Source of the DNA: a virus
Taxonomy: Duplodnaviria; Caudoviricetes
Virus record (IMG/VR): IMGVR_UViG_3300033149_000867
Span: 1 to 57,878 of that record
Reading direction: 5' to 3' (one strand)
Length of the DNA stretch: 57,878 nucleotides
Part shown: positions 57,036 through 57,878 of the stretch, in pieces
How positions within the stretch are numbered: position 1 is the stretch's first letter
Layout of the letters: each line of letters begins with the position of its first letter
Notes under the pieces: model-generated
Told to the model about the DNA's origin: nothing
Seen by the model: the letters and a program-made list of their open reading frames with translations, nothing else
Databases searched by the model: none
Made by a program: the position numbers and the translations under genes

Positions 57036-57810
57036 CAACTTCAACCACCTCTTCATAATCACACAATTGACAATAAGGATATTTGGCATCTGTGCAATCT
57101 TTCTCAAATTTACCACTCCTTATTGATTTTTCCATTGAGCAAAGAACTTTGTAAAGTGATGAAATATTACGATTTGTTATTTCGACAATTTCAACCTTCT
57201 TTTTTCTTGGATTAATCAATACGCAATATTCAACGGATGAATTTTCATAGGTCAATTCCCACAAACATTTATAAAATGCAAATTCTGTTTTATTTATTTT
57301 TTTATGTCCTGTTTTATACTCAATAATTGCATAAGTGTTTTCGTTAATTTCATCAACCCTATCTATTGTTCCTTCCATTCCATAACCTTCATTTATTATG
57401 TGTAATTCCCTTGCTATTGGTCGAAATCTCTCCAACATATTATTCGCAGAAAGAAACTCATATCTTTGCCTTTCCATGTCCAAAAACCACAATAACATGT
57501 CTCTTTCTCTTTCATTCAAACTTTCATCATTGTCATAAATTTTAATCCAATCATCTGGTTTAAACCCCTCACAAATATCAAAAAATTTATCTGCATATTC
57601 ATGGAACTTTTTTCCTTCATTTATTTTTAACAAATTTACTTGGAAATTTTCGTCTTCTTCTACACAATCAATAAATACTTTTTTGAAATATGTTGGACAA
57701 AATCTATAACCTTCAACCATAGATTTACGAATGCGAGTGCCACCAAGCAACTCACAAATTTCCTTACATTTTTTACCAACTTCTTCTATGCTCACTACCA
57801 TTGAAATCAC
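57028..57810 (-). CDS. Cas4-like PD-(D/E)xK exonuclease
   Basis: FCP, G..FH, E, GTIDRVD, IIEYKTG, C-terminal Cys cluster. Confidence 0.8.
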   Translation of the reverse strand: MISMVVSIEEVGKKCKEICELLGGTRIRKSMVEGYRFCPTYFKKVFIDCVEEDENFQVNLLKINEGKKFHEYADKFFDICEGFKPDDWIKIYDNDESLNERERDMLLWFLDMERQRYEFLSANNMLERFRPIARELHIINEGYGMEGTIDRVDEINENTYAIIEYKTGHKKINKTEFAFYKCLWELTYENSSVEYCVLINPRKKKVEIVEITNRNISSLYKVLCSMEKSIRSGKFEKDCTDAKYPYCQLCDYEEVVEVVD

Positions 57811-57813
57811 CTC

Positions 57814-57878
57814 TCACACAAAATCACCAAGTGTTTTTTGTCTGTTAATTATATTTTTGTAATTCAGACCAATACTTT
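57814..57878 (-). CDS. polB: C-terminal end of polB including the PIP box
   Basis: ESIGLNYKNIINRQKTLGDFV then TGA. Confidence 0.9.
   Translation of the reverse strand, partial: SIGLNYKNIINRQKTLGDFV
57838..57878. repeat. 41-bp direct terminal repeat (right copy)
   Basis: Matches 1-41 with one mismatch. Confidence 0.95.

Noticed and set aside
57028-57810. Cas4 as evidence of a CRISPR-Cas system
   Set aside because: Stand-alone Cas4-like nucleases are common in archaeal virus replication modules; no cas1/cas2 or array

Overview
This window looks like a complete, circularly permuted ~57.8 kb genome of an AT-rich (about 30% GC by eye) archaeal tailed virus with siphovirus-like morphogenesis genes. 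The ends share a 41-bp direct repeat with one mismatch, and an intein-containing family B DNA polymerase, missed by the ORF track, runs across the join. An archaeal host is indicated by GGAGGTGA ribosome-binding sites, TATA/BRE promoters, PIP boxes, MCM-like and ERCC4 proteins and archaeal-type ThyA. Layout: minus-strand replication, nucleotide-metabolism and accessory arm (52.5 kb across the join to 28 kb); AT-rich control region (28.0-29.3 kb); plus-strand head and tail operon (29.3-50.7 kb); small putative lysis cassette. Most notable: (1) TAG appears to be a sense codon. All confidently called genes end in TAA or TGA, while seven clear in-frame TAGs (plus one ambiguous) interrupt six accessory genes and read through into neatly coupled frames, suggesting pyrrolysine or amber recoding. 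(2) A viral ubiquitin-like conjugation operon (Ubl-E1 fusion, JAB peptidase, E2-like), with the JAB gene behind an amber codon. (3) A calcineurin-like metallophosphoesterase apparently split between two tail proteins. (4) A Csx20-like ring nuclease as a candidate anti-CRISPR. (5) Two PIP-box micropeptides. (6) Several non-coding structured or repeated elements. All functional calls come from motif recognition by eye; no database searches were run.
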